Numbered from the stretch's first letter, positions 1-11,792 are shown. The stretch: DNA of 64,000 nucleotides from Octopus sinensis (GCF_006345805.1 NC_043020.1:682001-746000), one strand, 5' to 3'. The notes: generated from the letters alone by a model not told the origin. A program made the numbers and translations.

Positions 1-23
1 ATAAGTATATTTTTTCTCTAGCA

Positions 24-240
24 TTGATACGACTCTTAATCTGTCTCTTTTTCTCTCTCTCTCTCCTCCCTTATTCCCCTTCCTTTCTTCCTCTCCATCC
101 GTCTCCCCCCCCCTCTACGTTTCTCTATCTCTCTCACCTCCAGCCCCCTCGATCTGTCTCTTTCTCTCTCCTCCCTCGTCCACCTTCTCTCTCTTTCTCA
201 TCTGTCCCTTTCTCCTCCCTGTCTTCTGTTCTCACGTGAC
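24..240. repeat. (CT)-rich low-complexity tract
   Basis: Near-pure pyrimidine tract (ctctctcc...). It explains the Ser/Leu/Pro ORF 24..239. Confidence 0.9.
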
Positions 241-1270
241 AGCTAGCCGCCGTTGACCGCTCTTTTCGTTTTCAGCAGCCGCAGAAGCAACACGTATTTG
301 TTCGTCTCCCCGTGGCCATTAGGCACAACTTCACAGCCAGCCCCATACTTAACTCGTCCTGTCGAAAGACCCTTTCCAACGTCCTGGTTTTGTTTTGTTG
401 TTTATTTTTATTTTTTATTTTTTTTATTTTTACCGTTATTGTTTTTAACGTTTTGTATTCTTATTGTGTCACGTATTCTGTATTTTTGTTTATGTACTTA
501 CTTCGTTCGTTTTCGTCCTCGCGTTGTATACATTCGAAGCTTTCTTCCAGGGGATCTAATGCGCTTGGCTTAGATTTCCCTTGGCTGGCTGGCCATATCG
601 GAGCAATCTCAAGATTAATAAGTCCGAAATTGCTAAGATGATCTGGTTCTTGACTGATGACTGAGGGCTTCGAATGTCCCGTCCTGTGGTTTCTTGTGTC
701 GTCTCTGTGGTGTTTCTGTTCTGTCCATGTCTGTAATTATTTTTACTGTTTACCTATAGGTTTGGGATGTATGTGTTAATTTGTCTGTGTGGGGAGGGAG
801 TGGGTTTTGTGTGTATATTGAGGTTTATAAGTTAGTTAGGTATGTGTATAGTCGTGAGTCTGTGGTTTACGTGTGTGTATTTGTGTGTGAATGTTTAGGT
901 TAGGGGGTTTACTTTATAGGTTTGTTATAGAGTTTAGCAAAGGGAGATTTTATCGTTATATGTTTTTAGAGTTTGTGTTTTATCATGGTTTTTTTAGGGA
1001 ATTCGTGGTAATTAGTCTATATTTTCGATATGGATTATATATAGGTTTATATATGGATTATATACTTATATTTTTTCATTTATATACTTAATTATTTAAT
1101 TTAAAGTATTATTTTTATATTTTAAATTTTGATTTTTTAGATTGGAAGTCCACCTGAAGATTGTCGATCAAGACAAGAACATTGTAGTGGCGGTTTTTTT
1201 TTTGACTATTTATTAATTTTATGTATTGATTAAGTCTTTCCTTGTTTGTTTTGCAAAATAGTGGTTTTGT
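241..1270 (+). mobile_element. Putative non-autonomous Penelope-like element / pseudo-LTR remnant
   Basis: GC-richer block at 241-720, then a strongly G/T-skewed block, ending in a hammerhead-like motif at 1150-1190 of the kind carried by Penelope-like pLTRs. No RT or GIY-YIG ORF recognised. Boundaries approximate. Confidence 0.4.
1150..1190 (+). ncRNA. Minimal type I hammerhead ribozyme-like motif, one nucleotide off consensus
   Basis: CCAC-CTGAAGA-TTGTC(GATCAA)GACAA-GAAC-ATT-GTA-GTGG. Stem I CCAC/GTGG, core CUGANGA, 5-bp stem II, GUA cleavage triplet. It has GAAC where GAAAC is expected. Confidence 0.5.
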
Positions 1271-1322
1271 CTCAAATATTTTATATAATATATATATATA
1301 TATATAAATATTATATATATTA

Positions 1323-1702
1323 TTGTTTCAGTCATTAGACTGCATCCATGCTTGGGCATCACCTTGAATTTTTAATCAAATGGCTCAACTCCAGAGCTTA
1401 TTTTTTAAGCCTGGTACTTATTCTATTGGTCTCTTATGCTGAACTGCTAAGTTACGGGATGTGAATGCACCAACACTAGTTATCAAGTGGTGGTGGGGGT
1501 ACAAATACAGACACAAAGACACACCCACACACACACACACACATATATATATATTCAATGGGCTTCTTTCAGTTTCCATTTATCAAAACCACTCACAAGG
1601 CTATAGTAGAAGATGCTTTCCTAAGGTGCCATGCAGTGGGACTGAACCCAGAACCATGTGTTGGGGAAACAAGCTTCTTACCACACAGCCACACCTGCAC
1701 CT
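1323..1702 (-). mobile_element. SINE family A (tRNA-derived), diverged full-length copy
   Basis: Reverse complement gives an A-box-like TGGCTGTGTGG, B-box-like GGTTCAGTCCC, a CORE-like CTTGGGCAAG segment, an internal (TA)/(CA) microsatellite and the tail ...TGACTGAAACAA. Homologous to 22780-23197. Confidence 0.85.
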
Positions 1703-2624
1703 ATTACATATATATATATATATATATAATCGTTCTCCCTCTGCATCCCTATTTTTCTCTTAGATCCCTACAGAGTTAAACATATCTTTGTAAGGCAGTT
1801 ACAGTATATTTCAAGTGAAGTATTGATTGTGGGTGTGTTCAGTAGAGGCGATAAAACCTGTCCTTACACCTAGCAGCATTGTTTAAATCATTGTACTTTG
1901 ATTTTCTTTGCAATTCAAATAATTGCAACATAATTTTATCAAGTTTACCGCGTTTAAACCATTAGCTACTTGTCTTATCTCTAAGCATATTCAACATACA
2001 TTACATATGTCTAATAGTATTGTGTGTGACATAGTAAATGATATAAAAATTTATCTTTTTAACAAGTATTAAATCTACACAACTCCAGATTACATCTCTA
2101 AATGCTTTTAAATTGAATAAGGAAAGTAAAAAGCCAATTTAGGCGACTTCAAGCTCTTCAAGTAATGTAGCTCTCTGCATAGCGAGTGTGGCCTTCATCT
2201 AGATCGACATAATTTTATTATGGCCAACAGCCAGCACTTAGTGCTGGCTTTATTTTCAGCAGCACTTTACCTCGGAACTAACTCATTGTCATTAATTAGA
2301 GCAACTTGTCTGCGGCTAAAACATTGCAGAATGTCTCATTCATTGTTATAAATATTTATGTTCCATTAAACACAAAATGTTGTTATGGCTGATGTTTTCT
2401 GCAAGAAGCATTTCAGATAGGATTAGCTGAAACATTGAGACCTCTTAAGTGTTTACAAATGGAATAACTTATGTTGTCGTTCTTTAGTCTAGAAGTGGTA
2501 AATTTTACAAATCTGAGGTCATTTTCATTGATTGGCAAATGGCAGCAATAACTATTTTTTCTCTTCTCTTTGCGCCATATTGTTTTATTGTCCACTCACC
2601 TTATCCAACCCCTCCCCCTATGCC

Positions 2625-3308
2625 ATCTCACTTATATACCCCCTCCACTGCATAACCTGAGGATGTGCCCTGACATCTTCTCTCTCCCTCCCTCCCTCTT
2701 TCTGTCTCTATCCTCATAGGGGTGGCCATGCACCTCCCTCTCTCTCTCTGTCTCTCTCCGTATAGGGGCGGCCATGTACCTCCTCTACTGCAAGACACTT
2801 GTCTCTATCCCTCTGTCATACTCTAAACTCTCATCACTTGACACAAAACCACAAACCCTATTTCCTCAATATCTATTTCTTTACTACCCACAAGGGGCTA
2901 AACACAGAGAGGACAAACAAGGACAGACAAACGGATTGAGTTGATTATATCGACCCCAGTGCATAACTGGTACTTATTTAATCGACCCCGAAAGGATGAA
3001 AGACAAAGTTGACCTCAGCAGAATTTGAACTCAGAACGTTGGCAGATGAAATACGGCTACGCATTTCGCCTGGCATGCTAACGATTCTGCCAGCTCGCTG
3101 CCCTTATCTCACTTATATACCCCTCCACTGCATAACCTGAGGATGTGCCCTGACATCTTCTCTCTTCCTCCCTCCCTCTCTCTGTCTCTCTCTGTATAGG
3201 GGTAGCCATGTACCTTCTCTACTGCAAGACACCTGTCTCTATCTCTTTGTCATACTCTAACCTCTCATCACTTGACAAAAAACCACAAACCCAATTTCCT
3301 CAATACCT
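2625..3308. repeat. Direct duplication of about 200-250 bp (2625-2874 and 3106-3308) flanking a SINE C copy
   Basis: Both copies read ATCTCACTTATATACCCC(C)TCCACTGCATAACCTGAGGATGTGCCCTGACATC...CACAAACCC(T/A)ATTTCCTCAAT. Confidence 0.9.
2871..3106 (-). mobile_element. SINE family C (tRNA-like head, Meta/MESC-like central domain)
   Basis: Reverse complement matches GAGCTGGCAGAA...GAGTTCAAATTC...GTCGACTTTGCCTTTCATCCTTTCGGGGTCGAT...AAGTACCAG, seen in several copies in the window. The domain name is from recall. Confidence 0.85.
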
Positions 3309-3414
3309 GTCCAACCCATGCCAGCATGGAAAGCAGACATTAAAAGATGATGATGATGCTGTCTTCTCTCCATTCCGTTGAAGGGTCTCATCTTGCAAGC
3401 TCCTTGGTGACCTC

Positions 3415-3600
3415 ACAGGTGCTGGTGCCGCGTAAAAAGCACCCAATGCACTCTGCAAAGGGATTGGCATTAGGAAGGGCATTCAGCTGTAGAAACCATG
3501 CCAAAGCAGACATTAGAGGTAGGTGCAGAATTCTGACTCACCAGCTCTAACCATCCAACCCATGCCAGCATGAAAGATGGACGTTAAATGATGATGGTGA
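3415..3600 (+). mobile_element. SINE-like family D, 3' part with (GAT)n tail
   Basis: GGTGCC..GTAAAAAGCACC...TTGGCATTAGGAAGGGCAT...CCAACCCATGCCAGCATG..GGACGTTAAATGATGAT. A shorter fragment lies at 3305-3360. Confidence 0.8.
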
Positions 3601-4720
3601 TGGTGGTAGTGGTGGTGGCGGCAGCAGCGGCAGTTGTTATTTTCAGTTTAGCTTTTATTCCTGTTGTTCGAAATATTGGTCGTATCTATCCCCATATATT
3701 TTCCAAGTCAGCTTCGGTGACAGCAATGTTTAGTTACATAAAATATCTCCCAGGTGTAACCGAGTTCCTTATAATGACAAGCTTATCACACCTAGCTTTC
3801 TTCTCAAGCCTACCGAATCGGTAACTCTATTGGTGTTGCGTAAAAATCTCCTGCACTAAAACATTGATTCAACAACTTGCATTGGAATGTGCATGCAGAA
3901 GAGAGCAGGTATAAATTGCTAAAAATTTTTTATCTTTGTGAAAATACTGACACCAAAATACAAAATACCTCGAGATAACTTAGAGTTATTTATAGCTCAA
4001 GATTGCTTTGCTGCAGTACTTTATCTATTTGGGAAACAAAAGCCCTTACAGAATGACTTGTCATCCAACCTGCCGTCAAGTATACAGAAAGGCCCATAAA
4101 TACACATTTTCTTTTTTTGGGTAGTGGTGATGTAGAAGAAAACACTATAAGATGAAATTTCTCCTTTCACGTCTGAGATTAACCAAAGTCAAGATGTGGT
4201 GATATATCACAGTTTGTTGAATGAGCTTACTTTCTACAGAAGAGCTAAACTCGTCTGATGCGGTTAATGACTTGTTTTGAACTTCTGGGCATTGTTAAGT
4301 ATATAAAATCACCTTTAAATCATATTCTGTGTAATGTGATATTTCTCATTGAATGGTCGCCATAAAATATTTGGTTAATCCTAGGAATGACGGATATTTG
4401 AGGTCTTGTTTAAATTTCTATTAATTAATTTCCCTCTAATTTAACAAGGTAGTTCTAAAAGTTTACCAGAGATGAGAAGTGTTTATGCTTCAGCAGGTAA
4501 TGTTTGATGAGTTTTTATTTTTGCCTGGGAAGGTAATGTCACTGTGATTGCATTCTATCATTCTATCATATATTCCATCAACTCTTATGTTGACGTGAGT
4601 TACGAAAATAGGAAAACTAAACATTAGATACACTAATAAAATTTCAGCCTCCATGTAGTCTAAGCTGAAAACAACAAGTAAGACTTGTATATATATATAT
4701 ATATATAATATATATATATA

Positions 4721-4785
<65 letters not shown>

Positions 4786-4813
4786 CTATATATATATATA
4801 TATATATATGTGG

Positions 4814-4858
<45 letters not shown>

Positions 4859-5019
4859 ATATATATACCTCGATGCCATAGCAACCACCCTCACACCATC
4901 TCGCCATCTTGCCCAGTTTTGGGCATCGGTTGTTCTATAATCACATTTTTGAGGTTCAGGGCAAATGATTTGTTCTAGTAGAAGGGACTAATCTACCAGT
5001 CAGGTACCATTTCAGGTCA

Positions 5020-5400
5020 TCATCATCATCATCAACATCATCATTATTTAGCATCTGCTTTCCATGCTGGCATGGGTTGGACAGTTTGACAACAGCTGGC
5101 AAACCAGAGAGTTGCACCAGGTTCCAGTCTGATTTGGCTTTGGATACCCTTCCTAATGCCAGCCACTCCAAGAGTGTAATGGGTGCTTTTTATGTGCCAC
5201 CAGCACAGGTGCCAGTTTTGCGACATTGTCATTAGCCACAACTATAATTTTACCTGGCTTGACAAGTTTTCTCAAGCATGACATATCACCAAAAGTCTCA
5301 GTCACTTATCACCTCAATGAAGCCCAATGTTGGAAGTATACTTTTTACGTGTCACTGGCACATGTGCCTGTTACAGGACACCGCCATCGCCCTTGACTAC
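5020..5400 (-). mobile_element. SINE-like family D copy
   Basis: (CAT)n followed by TTTAGCATCTGCTTTCCATGCTGGCATGGGTTGGAC...CCCTTCCTAATGCC...GTGCTTTTTATGTGCCACC. Confidence 0.8.
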
Positions 5401-6809
5401 AGTTTCATTTGGCCAGACAGGTCTTCTCAAATTGGTAGAAAATTGTTCTCCGCTGAGTTAAGCTGGTAGTTGATATGATTCATAACATTAGTTGTTTATT
5501 CAACAACAATATAATAAATATTTAGAAAATTACTGGAATTTTAAAATGTCAAAACATTTTGTTGTTCTTTAGAGTTTTAGTTGCTTTCTGTTATATCGAA
5601 AAGTAGTTTTTGCTATCATCAATACTTTTAGAAATTGGAAATGGATTCGAAAGGAAATTGCTTTTTCTGATTGGAAAGAAAAGTTGTGAACTCTATTAAA
5701 CATTTGTAGTTTCTTTTGTCAAACTTACAATCAGCAAATCTGTAAATTTATATTCTCATTGCCAAAGAATTGAATATTCAACATAATAACAAAGACAAAG
5801 TCTTTCCCTCCCCCCTCTCACGCTTTCCCTCCTCTGAATGTATGTGCGTTCTTCAGTCGAAAAATGTAAAATGAGTCCCACCTTTTATGTCTGTAGTACT
5901 TCTATTATTTCTGACTAAACAAACTAGTTACAAAAGCTATGAACAAATTAAGAACATGTATTTCTCCCCCATCTCTCTCTCCCTCTCTCCTCTATCTCCC
6001 ATTCTCTCTCTCTCTCCATCTCTCTTCTATCTCCCATTCTCTCTCTCTCCCTCTCTCTCTCTCTCTCAATGTTTTACATGTGTTTATGTACACATGCACA
6101 TATAATCATATTATATAAACATAAACATATATACACACACACACATAACTGATAGCTAAGATAGACAAACAGACAGATAGTCTTGATGTACTTGCAAGTG
6201 TCTCTACGTACAAATAAACTCTATACTCAAAGCAAAGAAAATTCAGTAACTCTGTTATAGTAATTTTATTGCGTACATGTTCGCTTTACACGTCATGACT
6301 CAGAGTCAAAAATTAATTAATATACAAAGTGTTGGAGGTATTTGAGGACATATTTAATAATTTAATAAAACAATTCAAATCTTGTAAAAAAAAAAAAAGC
6401 TATTTTAATGAAGATTTGTGCAAATGTTCTTAATAAGCTTTTCTATAAGATTAGTCTATGAATCCAACTTCAGCTTTGATGACTGCTTTAGTATAGGACT
6501 GGAATCAATGATATGTCTGCATTAAATAGTCCTTATTCGTTTCAGACATCACCTGAATAATGGTGGCCTTTGGTAAAGCTATGGTTTTATGAGGATATTG
6601 ATTACTCTTCTGTTCAATAGTGCCCCAAATGTAGTAGTCAATGGGATTTAAATTTGACAAGTTTGGTATTAGAGGATCATGAAAATTGCCTGACATTCAT
6701 TCTTGGGTTACACGAGCTTTGTGAAAAAGTGCTGAGCCTTGTTGAAACCTGTATGGCCTTCCACTGTGTACTCCATCCAGCCCGGGTTTAGCAACTGTCT
6801 TCAGTTTCT

Positions 6810-6925
6810 CAACATTAATTCTAAGACCCTGTGGCCTAAGCAGCACTAATTCTAAAACCCTGTGTTCTAAACAGCATTAATTCTAAGACCCTGTGGTCTA
6901 AGCAGCACTAATTCTAAGACCTTGT
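6810..6925. repeat. 31-bp minisatellite, about 4 units, inside the transposase
   Basis: TAATTCTAAGACCCTGTGG(C/T)CTAAGCAGCAC starts at 6816, 6847, 6878 and 6909. Confidence 0.95.
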
Positions 6926-7160
6926 GGAAAGATGTGACATGGCATGGCATTACCTTCATTACTCACCACTCCTAAAACCATCACAGTTGCTGGAAACTTA
7001 GTGTCCATCAGCCTGGGAAAATCAGAACTATCTGCACTTGACCATCTGTCATTTCTCCCTGTCAGACTTTTGGTCTTGCTTGAAGTTTTTCGCAACCAAG
7101 TCATGTTCATGAAATGTTCTTAACCTTGTTAAGTAACTGCTTAGCACTGATACTCTCTGT

Positions 7161-7312
7161 TTACTCTTTTACTTGTTTCAGTCATTTGACTGCGGCCATG
7201 CTGGAGCACCGCCTTTAATCGAGCAACTCGACCCCGGGACTTATTCTTTTGTAAGCCCAGTACTTATTCTATCGGTCTCTTTTGCCGAACCACTAAGTAA
7301 CGAGGATGTAAA
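7161..7312 (-). mobile_element. SINE A 3' fragment inserted in the transposase
   Basis: TTACTCTTTTACTTGTTTCAGTCATTTGACTGCGGCCATGCTGGAGCACCGCC... matches the family A tail. Confidence 0.9.
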
Positions 7313-7878
7313 GGTTTTTCAATATTTGCACTCATGAATTGGCCTCTCCTTAGTTCTTGTATTAAATATTCTAGTACACCACAGTTCTGATAGTCTACTC
7401 CGACACAATGATGGTCATCTTTGAATTTCCAGCATTGTCATTGATAATGATTTGAACTTGTTGGATGAATTGTGGTGTTCTTATAATGTTTGAATGTTTA
7501 GAAAGTTTTTTCTCTTTGATACAGTTGAAACATTTTTGCCAGAGGCTTCCAATTCTATCCAAATTTTGTGTACAAAAGACCTTGCAAATTTTAGAAAGTT
7601 GGCAATTTTTAAATTTCTGTGTTTCACACATATAGCAACAATCACTGCATATCTTTGCACTTCATGTGTTAGTATTTTATCTGCTGTGGGGGGGTCTGAC
7701 AAAAATCTTAAAAAGCTTTTGATTTGAAAAGAGTAATTCACTGATAACGGTCCTCAAGTACACTCTGTACTCTGAACATATATAAAAATACTACTATACC
7801 TTCATAACACCTATGCTTACATGTGTGTGGGTTTTATGAAATTGATATGATAAAAATATATTTGTGTGTGTGTATGTA

Positions 7879-7915
<37 letters not shown>

Positions 7916-7927
7916 GTTGGACTTTAT

Positions 7928-8053
7928 GCTTCTCTTCACTCTGAAATGAAGTAGTCTGTTGCACTCAAAGCTTCTCTCTACTCTGTAATTGAGCAGACTA
8001 CTGTACTCAAGGTTCCACTTCACTCTGGAATATTGCAGTCTGTTGCAGTGCAG
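7928..8053. repeat. Degenerate 42-bp tandem repeat, 3 units
   Basis: Units GCTTCTCTTCACTCTGAAATGAAGTAGTCTGTTGCACTCAAA / GCTTCTCTCTACTCTGTAATTGAGCAGACTACTGTACTCAAG / GTTCCACTTCACTCTGGAATATTGCAGTCTGTTGCAGTGCAG. Confidence 0.75.
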
Positions 8054-8895
8054 TTTCCACACCTTTCTGTATTGGAATAGTTCTGCCATCCAGGTACCAT
8101 TCCCTACTGAAATAGAAGTCTGTAACACACACCAGGTTTCAGTCTATAATGGTGTATTCTGTTAGGAAACTTATGGCCAAAATGAAAGTTGAGGGAAGTT
8201 CATAGTCAACTAACTTAGCTAGAATCTTGTCACCACACACAATTAAAAGCAACAAATTTGCCTTTATTGAAATGTTATGGAAGAATGTCAAGGAGAAATT
8301 GTTCCTCTTGAGAATGAGAGATACTGTTGTGTACCTTCCATATACTGAAATGAATTGATGTAGAAGGAGGAATATTTGAAAGTTTAGTGAAAATAGAAAA
8401 TTAGTCGGGCATGTACTCAGGTATCCGTAGTTATCCATATGAAGCCAAGTCTTTTTATTCCAGAGCTGTACAATTTCCAAGAGTGAAAACCTTCAGAACA
8501 TCTCTTAAATAGGCCATGACAACTTAGTCTCCTTCAAAAGCACTACAGCAATCTCTAATAATCTCTCACTCTGATCCCATGTCTGCAAAATTGTCAAACT
8601 TGCATCTCAAAGATTAGGTCAGAAGATTAGATTAGATAGGACCAGAAAATGTCCCGGGTCAAATTGAAGTGCTTGGCTTTCTAAAGCTACATCGCTTCAC
8701 CTATTGGAATGATTAATGCTCACATATCTGAGACAGTGCGGGTGTGGTTCAGTATAGAAGCATCTTAGGCCACATCCCACCCTACCAATGAAGGTCAGTA
8801 CACCAGTTGATAAATATTCGCTTATCAATGCACTACAACCAACAAGCATGTTGTTTCTCCTTTTCTATCACTACTACAACAGCAGCTACATCAGT

Positions 8896-9212
8896 GGAGG
8901 CGCAATGGCCCAGTGGTTAGGGCAGCGGACTCGCGGTCAGAGGATCACAGTTTCGATTAACAGACTGGGATTGTGTGTGTTTATTGAGCGAAAACACCTA
9001 AAAAGCTCCACGAGGCTCCGGCAGAGGGTGGTGGCGACCCCTGTTGTACTCTTTTGCTCCAACTTTCTCTCACTTTTCCTTCCTGTTTCTTGTCCTCGAC
9101 TTCCTATGCAACTGCTGAGCCTGGATGCGCATTCATCCATCCTTCGATGCTCTCGGTGTCGGGGGTTGACCTACTTTCTCTTCTGCGGGTCTTACGAATA
9201 GCAAAGGACCAC
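8896..9212 (+). mobile_element. SINE family B (tRNA-Arg-like head), tail variant 1
   Basis: GGAGGCGCAATGGCCCAGTGGTTAGGGCAGCGGACTCGCGG...TTCGATT head (A and B boxes), shared with copies at 35660, 56630 and 58283. Confidence 0.85.
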
Positions 9213-9390
9213 ATTGCGGATTTCTCCCACTACGGACTTCTCCGCTCATTCAACATCAACATCTACATCAACTACATACCACACCCACTGAAACTCTACT
9301 GCCCTACCACTGTCCCAACTACAGGCAAAAACACTTTCCTCGGTCATTTAATCCTACGTTAGGCTATTGCACCCTTCCCCACTCTAAGTA

Positions 9391-9603
9391 TCAGCATTTT
9401 CCTTTGATCCATCCATTTTCTCTACCAACCATTCCTGGAAGGATCAGGAGGTAGAGTCTTAAGGGTCTTCTCCATGGGGTTCTATCAAAAGCAACAGTCA
9501 TAACACCTTTTAACTGAATTGTTGAGTGTGCGACTGTGAATATTATCCACCATCTTATTCTTGATCTGTCCCCTAAGTTTCCTGCTGGTTGCCACAACTT
9601 CAT
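9391..9603 (-). mobile_element. Possible highly decayed RTE-clade LINE 3' end
   Basis: Translation WQPAGNLGDRSRIRW...AFDRTPWRR resembles the RTE C-terminal W.P.G.R..GRPR.RW...A.DR..WR pattern. Confidence 0.35.
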
Positions 9604-10352
9604 AAATCTATCTTGCGATACTTTCCTGCAACCTTTTAATAAAAATATCCATAATAAGAAAGCTGTGACCTCTCAGTGCGGAAAAATTGCAGTTCAGCCT
9701 GGAGAGACACCTTGGTTTCCCTATCAGCATTCTGTTGGAGATATCAGCCTTGGAAATTTCAAAATAAACATCAACTGAACTAACCTCACTAGCCTTTGGG
9801 GGACCTGCAAAGGTTATTAGCGCTGCCCCCGCTCCCTTACTTGTCTAAGGAACTGATAGTACACACACATATATCATCATCACACCACCACCACCACCAC
9901 CACCACAACCACTCCAAATTGGCTTTATATTCGTCTTTCCTTTCCTAACCAGGTTGCGGTAGAGCTTTCATTGTAACATCCTTTCTGACATTTTGACCAT
10001 GTGATACATCATAATAAACATGTGATATAGCTATAATCATAAAAGCAGAATATCAATTCATTTAAAAGGAAAGTTTAATGATGGCTCCCCCCCGTCTTCT
10101 TCCTCTTCCTGATGAGAAGCAAACATCTGCTGAGTGAGTCAACATTACATTATATGTTACTCATTACGCTACAGGTTCACCATTATGCCGCATGCTATCC
10201 ATTATACTAGAGTCTAACCACTGTGTTACAGACTAACCTCTATATACTACGGGCTAACCATTACATTGCACTATATATTAATCATTTATATATTTAGGCA
10301 GATAAATATAATACAGAAACAATACTCTCTCTCTCTCCTCTCTCTCTCTCTA

Positions 10353-10400
<48 letters not shown>

Positions 10401-10709
10401 ATATAATATATATGTATATAATATATATGATTTAATAATTAAAAAACTTGCAAAAGATAAATGCACCCACACAGACATTCACACACACACATATATTCAT
10501 AAATACAAGTATACATGCATGCATACACACACATGCACACACACACACATATATTCATAAATTCAAGTATACATGCATGCATACACACACATATATTCAT
10601 AAATACAAGTATATATACATTCATATACACAGACATGCAGACACAGACATCCATACTCATACGAGTGTGTGTGTGTATATGTATGTATACACACACACAT
10701 GTATGTATG

Positions 10710-10764
<55 letters not shown>

Positions 10765-11246
10765 TTTTTGCTTGCTAAAATGTCTTATTGATGAGTTTCG
10801 CTTTTTTCACTTTCCTGAGGAGAAGATTGCATTGTTTATACCATTTATTCTTTTGAATAGTATCAGTGGATTTTTCGAAACATGTGTCGAAAGTAAAAAT
10901 ATTTGATTACATCTGCGTTAAACTCCATTTATTTATTCATATATATATATATATATATATATACACAAACACACACACACACTCACACACACACACGTAT
11001 TGTAAAGAGAAAGAGCAAGACAGATAGACAGACAGACAGATTCATACAACCTGCAAATCTACAAGAAAAACAAACATTCATACATATATACATATATATG
11101 TTTACATGCATGCACACACACATACACACACACACACATGCACACATTGAGCAAAAAGTCGGTGACGGTGGGTGCATCTTATCCGCAGACAAGTTCCTTT
11201 TATCATTCGTCATCCAATCAGACCTGTGTGACGCTTTTTCGAAATG

Positions 11247-11284
<38 letters not shown>

Positions 11285-11760
11285 ACACACTTTGGTGGAA
11301 GAAGTAAATAAATGAATGAATAAATGATTTCTGTCCAATTTCATTTCTTGGCTGAGATTGAATTTTCATGATTTCTCTGGAGACAAGTTGATAGGCGGAA
11401 CAGAAGTGCCATAAAAAAAAAATGGAAAAAAAAAAAAAATATATATACCCCCACTTAGTCACAGACACTTACTTACCTTCTCCTGCTTGAAGAGTAAGTA
11501 AGGAAGGCAGTGGTGGCGGCGGGGGAGGTGGGGGTGGGGAGAAGGGGGTAGAAGGAGCGCAGTAATAATTTAACTATTAGCAATTCATTGCAGCGACAAT
11601 CAAACATTGCATGGACACCTTGCACATTTTGTACATGTGTGTGCGTGTGCATGTGTGTGTTCATGATTTCTCTCCCTCCTTTCTTCCTTCCCTCCACCTT
11701 TTCTCTCTATATATATATATGTGTGTATGTATGTATGTCTGTGTGTGTATGTGGAAAGTG

Positions 11761-11792
<32 letters not shown>

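Larger units (their letters stand above)
6505..7741 (-). pseudogene. Disrupted DD37D-like transposase (stops, frameshifts, second catalytic D read as G)
   Basis: ORF-track pieces 7481..7741, 7395..7631, 6898..7110 and 6505..6696 are consecutive parts of one transposase in different frames. Confidence 0.8.
6323..7769 (-). mobile_element. Decayed Tc1/mariner transposon, maT/DD37D-like, with TIR remnants
   Basis: Minus-strand fragments in transposase order: RYAVIVAICVKH..IANFLKFARSFVHK..KRKK..IRTPQFIQQVQ (HTH region), KNFKQDQK..NDRW, TKFPATVMVLGVVSNEG..MPCHIFPQGLR, GRPYRFQQGSA..HKARVTQE, NLNPIDYYIWG. Ends TACAAAGTG..TATTTGAGGAC (6323-6349) and GTCCTCAAGTACACTCTGTA (7750-7769) are degenerate inverted repeats. 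Length is about 1.3 kb after removing a SINE insertion. Confidence 0.85.

Noticed and set aside
650-700. CTGATGA hammerhead core at about 654
   Set aside because: No GAAA follows the possible stem II.
8139-8480. YGYLSTCPTN resembles the phosphagen/arginine kinase CPTNLG motif
   Set aside because: The following LGT..RASVH residues are missing, there is no donor after the motif, an in-frame stop lies just upstream and the flanking residues do not fit.
10439-10906. Long H/T/Y/I- or V/C/M-rich ORFs (also near 16.6k, 17.5k, 27k, 33k, 50k, 52k and 63.6k)
   Set aside because: They are translations of (CA)n, (TA)n and (TATG)n microsatellites.
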